64,000 nt of DNA from a bacterium (GCA_030588745.1 JAUUXB010000001.1:5330-69329), one strand, 5' to 3'. Positions 33,672 to 43,758 are shown, counted from the stretch's first letter. Numbers and translations are program-made. Notes: generated by a model from the sequence alone, not told the origin.

Positions 33672-35636
33672 TTACTGGTTAGCTTTCAATTGGATTTGTT
33701 CTCGAATTTCTTGTTGTATTCCACAAGCTGTGGTTTTTTCCCAGTCGCTTGGAACATCACATGGGGTGGGGAAATTTCTGCATTCATCTGTTCTTGGATT
33801 TTTTGCAGGGGTAATAACGTGAATACAAACTCTTGGGTTTTCACAGCGTGGGACTATACATGTCCCTTCAACACATCGTGAAGTTAAACCAGGACAACGA
33901 GGCAAAGGACAATCCTTATCAGTCGTACACTCAAAAGAAACACCAGGATTTTTACATATGTTGTAAGTTCTGTTAACTCTTACTTCTTCTAATCCTTCAC
34001 AACAAATTCTGCTCACTGTGCCTAAAAGAGGATTTCTATTAATCTCTTCATCTTCTTTGGCGCAAACAATATTGGTTTTACATTCTCCCCTGTAAGCAAT
34101 TTCTGCATTAACTTTTTTAGCTTCACAAATATTAAGGTATGTTTTTCCATTTTTTTCACAAACTGGAGATTTTATTGCAGCACAGGTTATAGTTCCGGTT
34201 CCATCTCCTTGTTGAAATCCTGCTCTTACTTCCATAATTCTGATAGCGTTTCTTGACAGAGACAAAGAAGCTATTGCTTGTCCATATGCCTTGGTATAAT
34301 TTTGTCCTTCCAATTCTTGTTTGGCTAACACTAATTTTTCTTCAGCCTCTTCAACTAATCTGAATACTGCTGGTATTTCCTCTGCTGTGGCATTTTTCTC
34401 TACTATCAAGCTTTTTACTTTTTCAAATAATTCTTCTGCTTCTTTAATTTTTGCCTCGACTTTTTCTTTTGTTGCTATATTTTGGTATTGGTTTTCTATT
34501 CTTTCAATGTTTCTTTCTTTTGCTTGTTCAACAACAGATCTTAGTTTTCCTGATAGCTCTTTTCCTCCAAGAGCGTTTAAAATATCTAATTGCTTTATTT
34601 TATTTCCGCTTATTTTTTCAATGTATTCTTTAAATCTTTCTTGTTGTTCCTGGGAAAGGTTTTCCAGTTTTCCTCGCAGATTTTCCAGCATGTTTTCTTT
34701 TTTTTCTTCAATTTTTTCTTTTATATCCTGAGGCAGTTTTTCTTTCAAATTATCAAGTATTTCTATGTTTCTAAATTCTTTAAATTTGCTTCCTGTTATT
34801 TTCTCAAGATTTTCCTCTAATCTTTCAGGAATTTTATCTTTATCCTCAAGCTTTAGCATTACATCTTTAAATCCGATTAAATGCTTTTCCCTGGATTCTT
34901 TTATTTTATCAAGCACTTCAGGAGGAACCTGTTCTTCTAATTTTTGAAGAAGCCTTTGATGAAGAATTTGATGTTGGGTATATTTGTCTAAAAATTTTCC
35001 TACTTCTTCATTTTCCTGAGCATTTTCTCTTATTCTTTCCGTAAGTCTTTTCACTGTTTCTATTTCTCCTTCATAGTTTTCAGCAGCTCTTTTTATTGCC
35101 TGAGCACTTTTTTTTCTTTGAATCATTTCTTTTAATTCTATCAATTTTTCATTCGCAAACTTTTCTCTTAATTCTGCTTTAGCTACTGGGTTAAAAGTGA
35201 ATAATGATCGGATGTTTCTGCCTAGGTTTTTGAAAAAATAAAAAGGGTTGTCAGGCAAAACTGTTGGTGGGCTGACTTCCAAATCAGCTGGCTGAATATC
35301 TTCATCAAGATTAATAGCTTGTTCTACAGTTTCAGTATCTTCAGGCTCTTCAGCCCCAACTAATGGTGAACAGATAACTTGAAGGGGGTAGCTCTCGGCT
35401 ACAAAACATTGAGTATCCTCAGGACATTCATAATAACTACAGGGATTAGGCTGTGCGCATCTCAGACCTATTTCTGGAAAGCTGACACATTCTAATTCTT
35501 CAGAACAAGGTTCTTCAATACTACAAATAATCTCACTGATTTCCTGTGAAAGAGTTGCTCCTTGAACATAAATAGCTTTTCCTAGAGCTAATCCTAAAAT
35601 TGCTAGAATAAAGAATAATTTAATTTTATTTGTCAT
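33672..35636 (-). CDS. secreted 654-aa protein: Cys-rich N-terminus, DUF5667-like domain, long E/K coiled-coil, Kazal-like module and Cys-rich C-terminus
   Basis: Signal peptide. LPDNPFYFFKNLGRNIRSLFTF matches the protein at 10958. TCAAIKSPVCEKNGKTYLNICEAKKVNAEIAYRGEC fits the Kazal pattern. Confidence 0.75.
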   Translation of the reverse strand: MTNKIKLFFILAILGLALGKAIYVQGATLSQEISEIICSIEEPCSEELECVSFPEIGLRCAQPNPCSYYECPEDTQCFVAESYPLQVICSPLVGAEEPEDTETVEQAINLDEDIQPADLEVSPPTVLPDNPFYFFKNLGRNIRSLFTFNPVAKAELREKFANEKLIELKEMIQRKKSAQAIKRAAENYEGEIETVKRLTERIRENAQENEEVGKFLDKYTQHQILHQRLLQKLEEQVPPEVLDKIKESREKHLIGFKDVMLKLEDKDKIPERLEENLEKITGSKFKEFRNIEILDNLKEKLPQDIKEKIEEKKENMLENLRGKLENLSQEQQERFKEYIEKISGNKIKQLDILNALGGKELSGKLRSVVEQAKERNIERIENQYQNIATKEKVEAKIKEAEELFEKVKSLIVEKNATAEEIPAVFRLVEEAEEKLVLAKQELEGQNYTKAYGQAIASLSLSRNAIRIMEVRAGFQQGDGTGTITCAAIKSPVCEKNGKTYLNICEAKKVNAEIAYRGECKTNIVCAKEDEEINRNPLLGTVSRICCEGLEEVRVNRTYNICKNPGVSFECTTDKDCPLPRCPGLTSRCVEGTCIVPRCENPRVCIHVITPAKNPRTDECRNFPTPCDVPSDWEKTTACGIQQEIREQIQLKANQ

Positions 35637-35661
35637 ATTTTATGAACAATGATTACATTAA

Positions 35662-37398
35662 TTAATTTTTCTTTTTTTCCACTTCTATTTTCGTTTTTTT
35701 AATAAACTCTGTCAATTTAATTTTCCCCAAATCTTTCCCTTTGCTTCTTATTCTAACTGATTTTGATTTTGACTCTTCATCTCCAACCACCAGCAGGTAG
35801 GGGATTTTCTGAATTTCACCATTCCTTATTTTCTTAGAAACACTTTCATTTTCATCTTTTAATTGATATCTGAAATTATTTTCAGCCAATTTTTTTGAAA
35901 CTTCTTTTGCGTATTTAACATGTTGTTTTCCAACTGGAATTACCCATATTTGCTCAGGAGCTAGCCATAAGGGAAATGCGCCTCCATAATGCTCAATTAA
36001 AATACCTATAAACCTTTCAATAGAGCCCATAATAGCTCTGTGGCACATAATAGGCCTGTGTTTTTTATTGTCTTTTCCAATGTACTCAAGCTTGAATTTC
36101 TCAGGCATAAAGAAGTCCAGCTGAATAGTAGCACATTGCCAGGTTCTGCCTAAAGAGTCTTTTACTTCATAATCCAGCTTAGGTCCATAAAAAGCACCAT
36201 CTTTTTCTTTTATTAAAACAGGAAGTTTTGACTCTTTCATGACCTCTTTAAGAATTTTTTCTGCTTTGTTCCATGTTTTAATATTGCCCATAAAATCATC
36301 AGGTCTGGTTGAAAGATAAATCTTATACTCAAAATCAAATGGTTCATAAATCTCTTTAGCAATCTGGATTATTTCTTTAACTTGCTCTTTAATTTGATCC
36401 TCTTTCATAAAAACATGAGTATCATCCTGGGTCATTTGAGCAACTCTAAACAGTCCATTTAGCTCACCAGATTTTTCATTACGAGTTACAGTTCCAATTT
36501 CAGAGTATTTAATAGGTAGGTCTTTGTAAGAACGCATTTTATGCTTGTAAATCATTATCTCACCCGGACAATCCATTGGTTTGAGAGCATACTTTCTTTT
36601 TCCTTTTCCATGAGTAAAAAACATTTCATCTTTGTAGTGATCCCAGTGCCCGGACTGCTTAAAAACTTCAATTGAGAGTAGATTAGGAGCCATTACTTCT
36701 TTGTATCCATATTTGTTTTGGATTTTTTTCCATCTTTCAAAAAGAATGTTTCTAATAATCATTCCTTTTGGCATCCAAAAAGGCATTCCAGGAGCAACAC
36801 TTGACAAAAAGAATAAATCTAGTTTTTCACCAAGTTTTTTATGGTCTCTTTTTTTTGCTTCTTCTAAGTCTTTAACATATTTGTCCAGCTGCTTTTTTGT
36901 CTTGAAAGCAGTGCCATAAATCCTGGTTAACATTTTATTTTTTTCATCTCCTCTCCAATAAGCACCAGCAACAGATAAAAGTTTAAAGGCACCAATCTTT
37001 CCAGTGGATTTAACATGAGGACCACCGCACAAATCAACAAACTCATTTCCAGTTCTATAAATTATTGCCTTTTCTTTCTTTTTTTCTATTTCATCTAACC
37101 ATTCTTGCTTATAAGGGTTGCCTTTAAATAGTTTTCTGGCTTCTGATACTTTTAAAATCTCTTTTTTAAAAGGCAGGTTTTTGTCAATGATTTTTTTCAT
37201 TTCTTTTTCAATCTTTAAGAAATCCTTTTCATTGATTTGTTTTTTATAATCAAAATCAAAATAAAAACCATATTCAATAGCAGGGCCCATTGCCATTTTT
37301 AGTCCTGGATAAAGTTTTAACATTGCTTGGGTTAAAATATGCTCAGCACTATGACGCATTGCTTCTAATTCTTTATTTACCTCTTTCTTTTTAACCAT
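35662..37398 (-). CDS. thrS: threonyl-tRNA synthetase (no N-terminal TGS domain)
   Basis: HSAEHIL (editing/SAD domain), class II core (FRVAQMTQDDTHVF, CATIQLDF) and an anticodon-binding tail. 578 aa. Confidence 0.92.
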   Translation of the reverse strand: MVKKKEVNKELEAMRHSAEHILTQAMLKLYPGLKMAMGPAIEYGFYFDFDYKKQINEKDFLKIEKEMKKIIDKNLPFKKEILKVSEARKLFKGNPYKQEWLDEIEKKKEKAIIYRTGNEFVDLCGGPHVKSTGKIGAFKLLSVAGAYWRGDEKNKMLTRIYGTAFKTKKQLDKYVKDLEEAKKRDHKKLGEKLDLFFLSSVAPGMPFWMPKGMIIRNILFERWKKIQNKYGYKEVMAPNLLSIEVFKQSGHWDHYKDEMFFTHGKGKRKYALKPMDCPGEIMIYKHKMRSYKDLPIKYSEIGTVTRNEKSGELNGLFRVAQMTQDDTHVFMKEDQIKEQVKEIIQIAKEIYEPFDFEYKIYLSTRPDDFMGNIKTWNKAEKILKEVMKESKLPVLIKEKDGAFYGPKLDYEVKDSLGRTWQCATIQLDFFMPEKFKLEYIGKDNKKHRPIMCHRAIMGSIERFIGILIEHYGGAFPLWLAPEQIWVIPVGKQHVKYAKEVSKKLAENNFRYQLKDENESVSKKIRNGEIQKIPYLLVVGDEESKSKSVRIRSKGKDLGKIKLTEFIKKTKIEVEKKKN

Positions 37399-37444
37399 AT
37401 TATTTATATTTAATTAATTAATTATATATCTTTTTGATCTATTA

Positions 37445-37520
37445 AACAAAAACCTCTTTTTATAGAGGCTAGTTCTTAAATAATTAAAAAATTCAAGGCC
37501 TAGCCTCCTAAAAAGAGGTT
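37445..37520 (-). promoter_or_regulatory. attenuator-like set of three mutually exclusive hairpins between dnaE and thrS
   Basis: On the minus strand: CCTC/GAGG (A), GAGGCTAG/CTAGCCTC (B, 8 bp), CCTCT/AGAGG followed by TTTTTGTTT (C, terminator). A overlaps B and B overlaps C. Confidence 0.4.
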
Positions 37521-37589
37521 GTAGTTGTAGTGTTAAGTTGTTTCAAAATTCTTAACATATTTTTAATTTAAGATTTTAATAAGTTTTTG

Positions 37590-40500
37590 TCAAACTTCAA
37601 TAATTTCTTCAATATCTTCGCAAATTAGTTTTGGAGTTGTGCTTCTACTGCTGTCTAATTTCCCTGAAACAAAGACTATTTTGTTTTCTTTAAATAATGT
37701 TGGTTTTTTTTCAATCATTGACGGAAACACCACCACTTCAATTTTATCAGATAAATCTTCCAGATTCATAAAAAGCATTGGCTTGCCAGTTTTAGTAATA
37801 ATTTTCTTAATTTTGGAAATTATGCCTCCTATTCTTACGTGCCTGCGTGACAGGGAAGCGCCAAGGCTTGCTATCTGAACAGATTTTTTCTCTAAAATAG
37901 CCCTATAATCCTCTAATGGATGGGAGCTGACAAAGAGGCCTAAAAGTTCTTTTTCCCAGCTTAGTTTTTCGCTTTTACTTGCTGCCTCTGTAGCTTCAAG
38001 ACGGATTTTTGCTGCTGCTGTTTGCGTTCCGTCAAAAAGTCCAATCTGGCCATTTGACCTTATTCTTTGATTTTCTCTGTTCCAGCTTAAAAATCTTTCT
38101 AAGTTATGGAGAAGCTGGTTTCTTTCTGCAAATTTATCAAAAACTCCTGCCTTAATAAGACTTTCCAAAGATTTTTTATTCAAATCTTTTGAGCTTATTC
38201 TTGAGATAAAATCATTAATTGACTGAAAAGATCCATTGTTTTTCCTTTCATTAACAATTGTATTAACAATGCCTTCACCTACATTTTTTATTGCAAATAA
38301 GCCAAAGCGCATTTGTTTTTTATGGGGAATTACGCTGAAGTTTCTCCAGCTTTCATTAATATCAGGAGGCAGCACTTCAATTCCCATTTTTTTACATTCA
38401 TCAATTAAAAACCCAATTCTTTCTACATCTGCTTTTTCTGAAGTTAAAAGAGCTGACATAAATTCAACTGGATAATGTGTTTTCAAATAAGCTGTTTGAT
38501 AGGCAATAGTAGCATAGGCTGTTGAGTGAGAGCGATTAAATCCGTAACGTGCAAAAGGCAAAATCCATTCCCATATTTTTCTGGCAACACCTTCTTCTAT
38601 TCCATTTTTTTTCATTCCTTTAATGAGCTTTTGTTTTTGTTCAAGAAGCAGTTTTTTAATCTTTTTTCCAATAGCTTTTCTTAAAATGTCTGCTTCAGCC
38701 AGAGAGAACCCGGCTAATCTTTGGGCAATAAACATTAAATCTTCCTGATAAACAGGGAGTCCGTAAGTTTTTTTAAGAATTTCTTTTAATTTTGGATGAA
38801 TATATTCAATTCTGCTTCTGTTTTGTTTCCTGGCAATGTATTCAGGAATTAAAGAAATAGGACCAGGTCTGTAAAGCGCAAGCATGGCAATAATGTCTTC
38901 AAATTCATCAGGTTTTAATTGTTTTAAGTATCTTTGAAAACCAGCTGATTCCATTTGAAACACCCCGACTGTTTTTCCTTTTTGCAATAATTTATAAGTT
39001 TGCCTATCATTTAACGGGAGATTCTCAATATCAATTTTTTTCTTATGTATTGCATATATTCTTGCCAGAGTGTCTTCAATAGTTGTCAGATTTTTTAATC
39101 CCAAAAAATCCATTTTCAAAAGCCCTAAATCTTCAACTGCGTGCATTTCATACTGGGTAATAATTTCATTCTTATTCTGGGTTGGATGTTGTAAAGGAAT
39201 AATGTTGTCTAATGGTTTGGCTGAAATCACTATTCCGCAGGCATGGGTTGAAGCGTGACGGGCTACTCCTTCTAGTTTCTTGGCTAAATTAATTAATTTT
39301 TCAGCTTTAGTGTCTGTTTCATAAAGCTGGCGGAATTCAGGGATTTTTGCTAAAGTTTCTTCCAAATTGTGTCCAAAAGGAATCATTTTTGCAATCTGGT
39401 CACAGTAGCTATAATTGTATTCAAGAGCCCTGCCAACATCTCTTATAACAGCGCGCGCTGCCATTGTTCCAAAAGTAATAATCTGAGCAACCATTTCTTT
39501 TCCATATTTTTCAGTAACGTATTCAATAACTTCGCTTCTTCTTCTGTCAGTAAAGTCCAAATCAATATCAGGTAGTTCGTTTCTTCCAACATTTAAAAAA
39601 CGTTCAAAAAGAAGATTATATTTTAATGGGTCAATGCTGGTAATATTTAAAACATAAGATACTAAAGAGCCTGCTACGCTTCCCCGGCCAGGACCCACCA
39701 CAATTCTTTTTTCTTTTGCCCAGTTAACAAAATCCTGGACAATTAAAAAATATGAAGAAAAACCCATTTTCTTAATCATTTCCAGCTCATAATTAAGCCT
39801 GTTTATAACTTCTTTTTTGGGTAAAGCGCCATATTTCTTTTTCAGGCCTTGTTTACAAAGCTTTTCCAAATATTGTTCAATCGTCTCATTATTAGGTGTT
39901 TTAAATTCAGGCAATCTTATTCGTCCAAGCTTAAATTCAAAATTGCATTGTTCTGCTATTTTTAAAGTATTTTCAATGGCTTCTGGAACGTCTTTAAAAT
40001 CTTCTATCATTTGCTCTGGTTTTGTTAAAGAAAAATCATCAGATTTTATAGTCAAGCGCTCAGGATCATTAGGGTCAGCACCAGTATTGATAAGCATTAA
40101 AGTGTCTTGAGCATCAGCATCCTCTGGTTTTAAATAATGAGAATCATTTGTTGCAACTAATGGAATCTTTAATTCTTTTGAAAAAGAAATTAAAACTTCG
40201 TTCACTTTTTTTTGTTTTTCAATGTTTGGATGATCCTGAATTTCTAAATAAAAATTGTCATTGCCAAATATCTTTTTATACTTTAGCGCTGTTTCTTTTG
40301 CTTCTTTAATTTTATTTTGTAAAATCAATTGAGGGATTTTTCCATTTAAACATGCTGATAGTCCAATTAGTCCTTCTGAGTGTTTAGCCAACAGTTCGTC
40401 ATCAATCCTTGGCTTATAATAAAATCCTTCCAAATGAGCTTTTGTCAGTAATTTAACCAGATTCTTATACCCTGTTTCATTTTTAACTAAAAGAATTAAG

Positions 40501-40763
40501 TGATAGATTCTGTTATCAATGTGCGGTCTTTTCTGATGCATGTCTTCATAGGCAGTGTATGCTTCACAGCCAATAATTGGCTTTATTTCTTTTTTCTTTG
40601 CTTTTTTAAAAAATTCAACTGCGCCGTAAAGCACTCCGTGGTCAGTTAGCGCAATAGAATCCATGCCTAATTTTTTTGTATAATCCAAAAGCTCATCTAT
40701 TTTTGGTAGGCCGTCTAAAAGAGAGTAGTGGCTATGGACATGTAGATGAGTGAATTTTGACAT
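37590..40763 (-). CDS. dnaE: DNA polymerase III alpha subunit
   Basis: N-terminal PHP domain (HLHVHSHYSLLDG), palm/fingers motifs (PDIDLDF, GLLKMDFLGL), OB-fold tail. Confidence 0.95.
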   Translation of the reverse strand: MSKFTHLHVHSHYSLLDGLPKIDELLDYTKKLGMDSIALTDHGVLYGAVEFFKKAKKKEIKPIIGCEAYTAYEDMHQKRPHIDNRIYHLILLVKNETGYKNLVKLLTKAHLEGFYYKPRIDDELLAKHSEGLIGLSACLNGKIPQLILQNKIKEAKETALKYKKIFGNDNFYLEIQDHPNIEKQKKVNEVLISFSKELKIPLVATNDSHYLKPEDADAQDTLMLINTGADPNDPERLTIKSDDFSLTKPEQMIEDFKDVPEAIENTLKIAEQCNFEFKLGRIRLPEFKTPNNETIEQYLEKLCKQGLKKKYGALPKKEVINRLNYELEMIKKMGFSSYFLIVQDFVNWAKEKRIVVGPGRGSVAGSLVSYVLNITSIDPLKYNLLFERFLNVGRNELPDIDLDFTDRRRSEVIEYVTEKYGKEMVAQIITFGTMAARAVIRDVGRALEYNYSYCDQIAKMIPFGHNLEETLAKIPEFRQLYETDTKAEKLINLAKKLEGVARHASTHACGIVISAKPLDNIIPLQHPTQNKNEIITQYEMHAVEDLGLLKMDFLGLKNLTTIEDTLARIYAIHKKKIDIENLPLNDRQTYKLLQKGKTVGVFQMESAGFQRYLKQLKPDEFEDIIAMLALYRPGPISLIPEYIARKQNRSRIEYIHPKLKEILKKTYGLPVYQEDLMFIAQRLAGFSLAEADILRKAIGKKIKKLLLEQKQKLIKGMKKNGIEEGVARKIWEWILPFARYGFNRSHSTAYATIAYQTAYLKTHYPVEFMSALLTSEKADVERIGFLIDECKKMGIEVLPPDINESWRNFSVIPHKKQMRFGLFAIKNVGEGIVNTIVNERKNNGSFQSINDFISRISSKDLNKKSLESLIKAGVFDKFAERNQLLHNLERFLSWNRENQRIRSNGQIGLFDGTQTAAAKIRLEATEAASKSEKLSWEKELLGLFVSSHPLEDYRAILEKKSVQIASLGASLSRRHVRIGGIISKIKKIITKTGKPMLFMNLEDLSDKIEVVVFPSMIEKKPTLFKENKIVFVSGKLDSSRSTTPKLICEDIEEIIEV

Positions 40764-40844
40764 AATTAAATCATTTTACTTTTTCTACCAAGGATGGTCA
40801 AATTTACACTTTTTTAATTTATGATTTTCAATATAATTAAGATA

Positions 40845-41483
40845 ATGAAGTATCCAAATTTTTCTGAAGAAAAAAAATTATTGAAGAGGGGATATAAAAG
40901 GGTGGTTGGAATAGATGAAGCTGGTAGAGGGCCTTTAGCGGGTCCAGTATTTGCTTGTGCTGTTGTTGTTTATAAAATACCAAAATCTAAAACCAAAATG
41001 CCAAAGATAAGAGATTCAAAAAAACTAAGTCCAAAACAAAGAGAAGAGTTTTATAAAATTCTCATAAACCACAAACAAATTCAATGGGGGATAGGCAGGG
41101 CTTCAGAAAGAATAGTTGACAGAATTAATATCTTGGAAGCAACAAAATTAGCTATGAAAAGAGCGGTCAGAAATCTTGAGAAGAAATTAGGAAAAAGACA
41201 GATTGGGTTTTTAATTTTAGACGGCAGAATAAAGGTCAATTTAGATATTCCTCAAAAGTCAATTATAAAAGGTGATAATAAAGTTTTTTCATGCGCAGCA
41301 GCTTCTATTATTGCAAAGGTAAGAAGGGATAGATTAATGAGAAGACAGCATAAAAAATACCCTCAATATGGTTTTTTTAACCATAAGGGCTATGGTACAA
41401 AAAAACACATAGCTGTATTAGCAGAATTAGGGCCTTGTAAAATTCACAGGAAAAGCTTTAAACCAGTGATAAGATATAGTTAA
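40845..41483 (+). CDS. rnhB: ribonuclease HII
   Basis: VGIDEAGRGPLAGPV, LDGRIK. The start could also be 40821. Confidence 0.88.
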   Translation: MKYPNFSEEKKLLKRGYKRVVGIDEAGRGPLAGPVFACAVVVYKIPKSKTKMPKIRDSKKLSPKQREEFYKILINHKQIQWGIGRASERIVDRINILEATKLAMKRAVRNLEKKLGKRQIGFLILDGRIKVNLDIPQKSIIKGDNKVFSCAAASIIAKVRRDRLMRRQHKKYPQYGFFNHKGYGTKKHIAVLAELGPCKIHRKSFKPVIRYS

Positions 41484-41573
41484 ATCGCTCATTTTTACTT
41501 GCAATTTCCATAAATTTAGTTTAAAGTTATAAAATTAGCCAGTTAACGATATGGCCATTGAGCCATTTTTATT

Positions 41574-41864
41574 ATGGCCGTCCCAAAGAAAAGAGGCACA
41601 AAATCAAAAAGAGACAAGAGAAGACTTCACCTTGTTTTAAAAGAGCCCAATTTAAACAAATGTCCAAAATGCGGGGCTTTGCGTTTATCTCACACACTCT
41701 GTTCTTCTTGTGGTTATTATAAAGGAAGGCAAGTTATTGATGTTTTTGCTAAATTAGATAAAAAAGAAAGAAAAAGAAGAGAAAAAGAGATTCAAGCAAA
41801 AGAAGATAAAGAAAAAGCACCCAAGAAAAAATCTCTGGATTGGAAATCCTTATCCAGAAAATAA
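41574..41864 (+). CDS. rpmF: 50S ribosomal protein L32 with Lys/Glu-rich C-terminal extension
   Basis: MAVPKKRGTKSKRDKRR...CPKCGALRLSHTLCSSCGYYKGRQV followed by about 35 extra K/E-rich residues. Confidence 0.88.
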   Translation: MAVPKKRGTKSKRDKRRLHLVLKEPNLNKCPKCGALRLSHTLCSSCGYYKGRQVIDVFAKLDKKERKRREKEIQAKEDKEKAPKKKSLDWKSLSRK

Positions 41865-41898
41865 TTATTAACAATTCAATCATTTAACAATTTAATTC

Positions 41899-42396
41899 AT
41901 GGCCAGTCGTCATCTTTCGCGTTCAATAGCAATGCAGTCTCTTTATGAGTGGGATTTTTCCGATAAAGAACTGGATTTAAATACTATTGTTGAAAGAAAC
42001 CTTGAGGAGTTTGGTCCAGGACTGGAAGATAAAACTTTTGTCTGGGAACTGGTAACCGGTGTGATCGAGCATTTAAAAGAAGTTGATAATATTATTAAAA
42101 CAGCTGCTCCTCAATGGCCAATTAACCAGATTTCAATTGTTGATAGAAATATTTTAAGACTCGGGATTTATGAATTGCTCTATGAAGACAAAAAAGCTGT
42201 TCCTCCAAAAGTAGCTATCAATGAGGCAATTGAGCTGGCAAAATCTTTTGGTGGAGAAAATTCAGGTAAGTTTATTAATGGAGTATTGGGAACAGTTTAC
42301 AAGAATCTTCCTGGTTACGAAGAAGATAAAGAAAAGAAGCCAAAAGATAAAGAAAAGAACAAAAAAGAAGTAGAAAAAGTAAAAAAGAATAAATGA
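41899..42396 (+). CDS. nusB: transcription antitermination factor NusB with K/E-rich tail
   Basis: [14 protein letters not shown]...[12 protein letters not shown]...[12 protein letters not shown]...FINGVL. Confidence 0.88.
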   Translation: MASRHLSRSIAMQSLYEWDFSDKELDLNTIVERNLEEFGPGLEDKTFVWELVTGVIEHLKEVDNIIKTAAPQWPINQISIVDRNILRLGIYELLYEDKKAVPPKVAINEAIELAKSFGGENSGKFINGVLGTVYKNLPGYEEDKEKKPKDKEKNKKEVEKVKKNK

Positions 42397-42467
42397 TTGC
42401 CAGGTTGCTACATTGCTAAATTATTCTTCACAATTTAACAATTTAACAGCTTAGCAATTTAATATTA

Positions 42468-43151
42468 ATGAAAGACATTTCAATTCTTGAGAAAAAATTA
42501 AATCTTAAGTTTAAGGATGAAAACCTTTTAACCCAGGCATTTGTTCATCGTTCCTATTTAAACGAAAACCCTGATTTTCACTTGCATCATAATGAGAGAT
42601 TAGAGTTTTTAGGAGATGCTGTGCTGGAATTGGTTGTTACTGAAGACCTTTACCAGAATTATCCTAAAAAACCAGAAGGGGAGTTAACTAACTGGAGAGC
42701 AGCCCTTGTTAATTCAAAAATACTTTCTACAATTGCCCAGGAGCTCAAATTTGGTGATTTTGTACTGCTTTCCAAAGGTCAGTCAAAAGAAGCAGGCAAA
42801 GCCAGAAAATATATTTTAGCCAATGTTTTTGAAGCAATAATTGGAGCAATTTATCTTGATATTGGATATGATGCTGCTAAACAGTTTATCAAAAAGAACT
42901 TAATGAAAGAATTACCAGAAATTATTGAAAAAGGACTTTACAAAGATGCTAAGTCACGATTTCAGGAAGGAGCTCAGGAAAGAACAGGCATTACTCCTTC
43001 ATATAGAGTATTAAAGGAGTGGGGTCCTGACCATGCCAAGCACTTTGTTGTTGGTGTGTTTTTAAAGAAAAAATTAATAGCTAAAGGTGAGGGTTCTTCA
43101 AAACAGGAAGCTGAAGAAGCGGCAGCCCAAAACGCTTTAGAAACAGAATAA
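42468..43151 (+). CDS. rnc: ribonuclease III
   Basis: NERLEFLGDAVLELVV signature plus a C-terminal dsRBD (GPDHAKHF...GSSKQEAEEAAA). Confidence 0.93.
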   Translation: MKDISILEKKLNLKFKDENLLTQAFVHRSYLNENPDFHLHHNERLEFLGDAVLELVVTEDLYQNYPKKPEGELTNWRAALVNSKILSTIAQELKFGDFVLLSKGQSKEAGKARKYILANVFEAIIGAIYLDIGYDAAKQFIKKNLMKELPEIIEKGLYKDAKSRFQEGAQERTGITPSYRVLKEWGPDHAKHFVVGVFLKKKLIAKGEGSSKQEAEEAAAQNALETE

Positions 43152-43153
43152 AT

Positions 43154-43735
43154 ATGTTAGTAATTAGATTATTCAGAGTAGGTAAAAAGAATCAGCCAGC
43201 ATTTAAAATTGTTGTGACTGATAAGAGAAACCCTCCCAAGAGCGGTCGTTTTGTTGAAGAGGTTGGTTTTTGGAATCCATTAATCAAACAAAAGGTTTTA
43301 AATAAAGAAAGAATTAAATATTGGCTTTCAGTTGGCGCTCAGCCTTCAGAAACCATTCATAATTTACTGGTTTCAGAAAAAATTATTGAAGGCAAAAAAA
43401 TATCAAAGCATAAAAAGCCAAAGAAAAAAGAAGAGAAAAAGGAAGAAGCTGCAGTTTCCGTAGAAGCTAAAAAAGATGAAGAGAAATCAGAAGAAATGAA
43501 AACAGAAAAAACTGAAGAAAAAAAAGTAGAGGAGCAGCTTGAAGAAAAAACTAAAGAGAAAAAAAAGGAAGCTAAACCTGAAGCAGAAAAGCCATCAGAA
43601 GAAGCTCCAGAACAAAAAGAAGAAGTGAAAGATAAAGAAGTTAAGGAAGAGAAGGCAGAAGAAAAAAAAGAGGAGAAAAAGGAAAAGCCTGAAAAAGAAT
43701 CAAAACCTGAACAAATAGAAGAAAAAAAAGAATAA
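43154..43735 (+). CDS. rpsP: 30S ribosomal protein S16 with about 110-aa Glu/Lys-rich C-terminal extension
   Basis: MLVIRLFRVGKKNQPAFKIVVTDKRNPPKSGRFVEEVGFWNP, then a low-complexity EK tail. Confidence 0.9.
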   Translation: MLVIRLFRVGKKNQPAFKIVVTDKRNPPKSGRFVEEVGFWNPLIKQKVLNKERIKYWLSVGAQPSETIHNLLVSEKIIEGKKISKHKKPKKKEEKKEEAAVSVEAKKDEEKSEEMKTEKTEEKKVEEQLEEKTKEKKKEAKPEAEKPSEEAPEQKEEVKDKEVKEEKAEEKKEEKKEKPEKESKPEQIEEKKE

Positions 43736-43758
43736 TTTTTTATAAATACCTTGCATAT

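Noticed and set aside
34321-34947. Several plus-strand ORFs (60-136 aa, Ser/Phe-rich) inside the 654-aa secreted-protein gene
   Set aside because: They are the antisense reading of GAA/AAA-rich coiled-coil codons, which gives TTC/TTT runs without stops. They are low-complexity and have no start context. The same explanation applies to antisense ORFs in dnaE, thrS and the 670-aa gene.
41545-41576. Hairpin ATGGC-cattga-GCCAT plus T-run immediately before the rpmF start, and an upstream out-of-frame ATGGCC
   Set aside because: The upstream ATG is out of frame with L32. The 5-bp stem is weak. It is possibly a minor translational feature, but it is not supportable from sequence alone.
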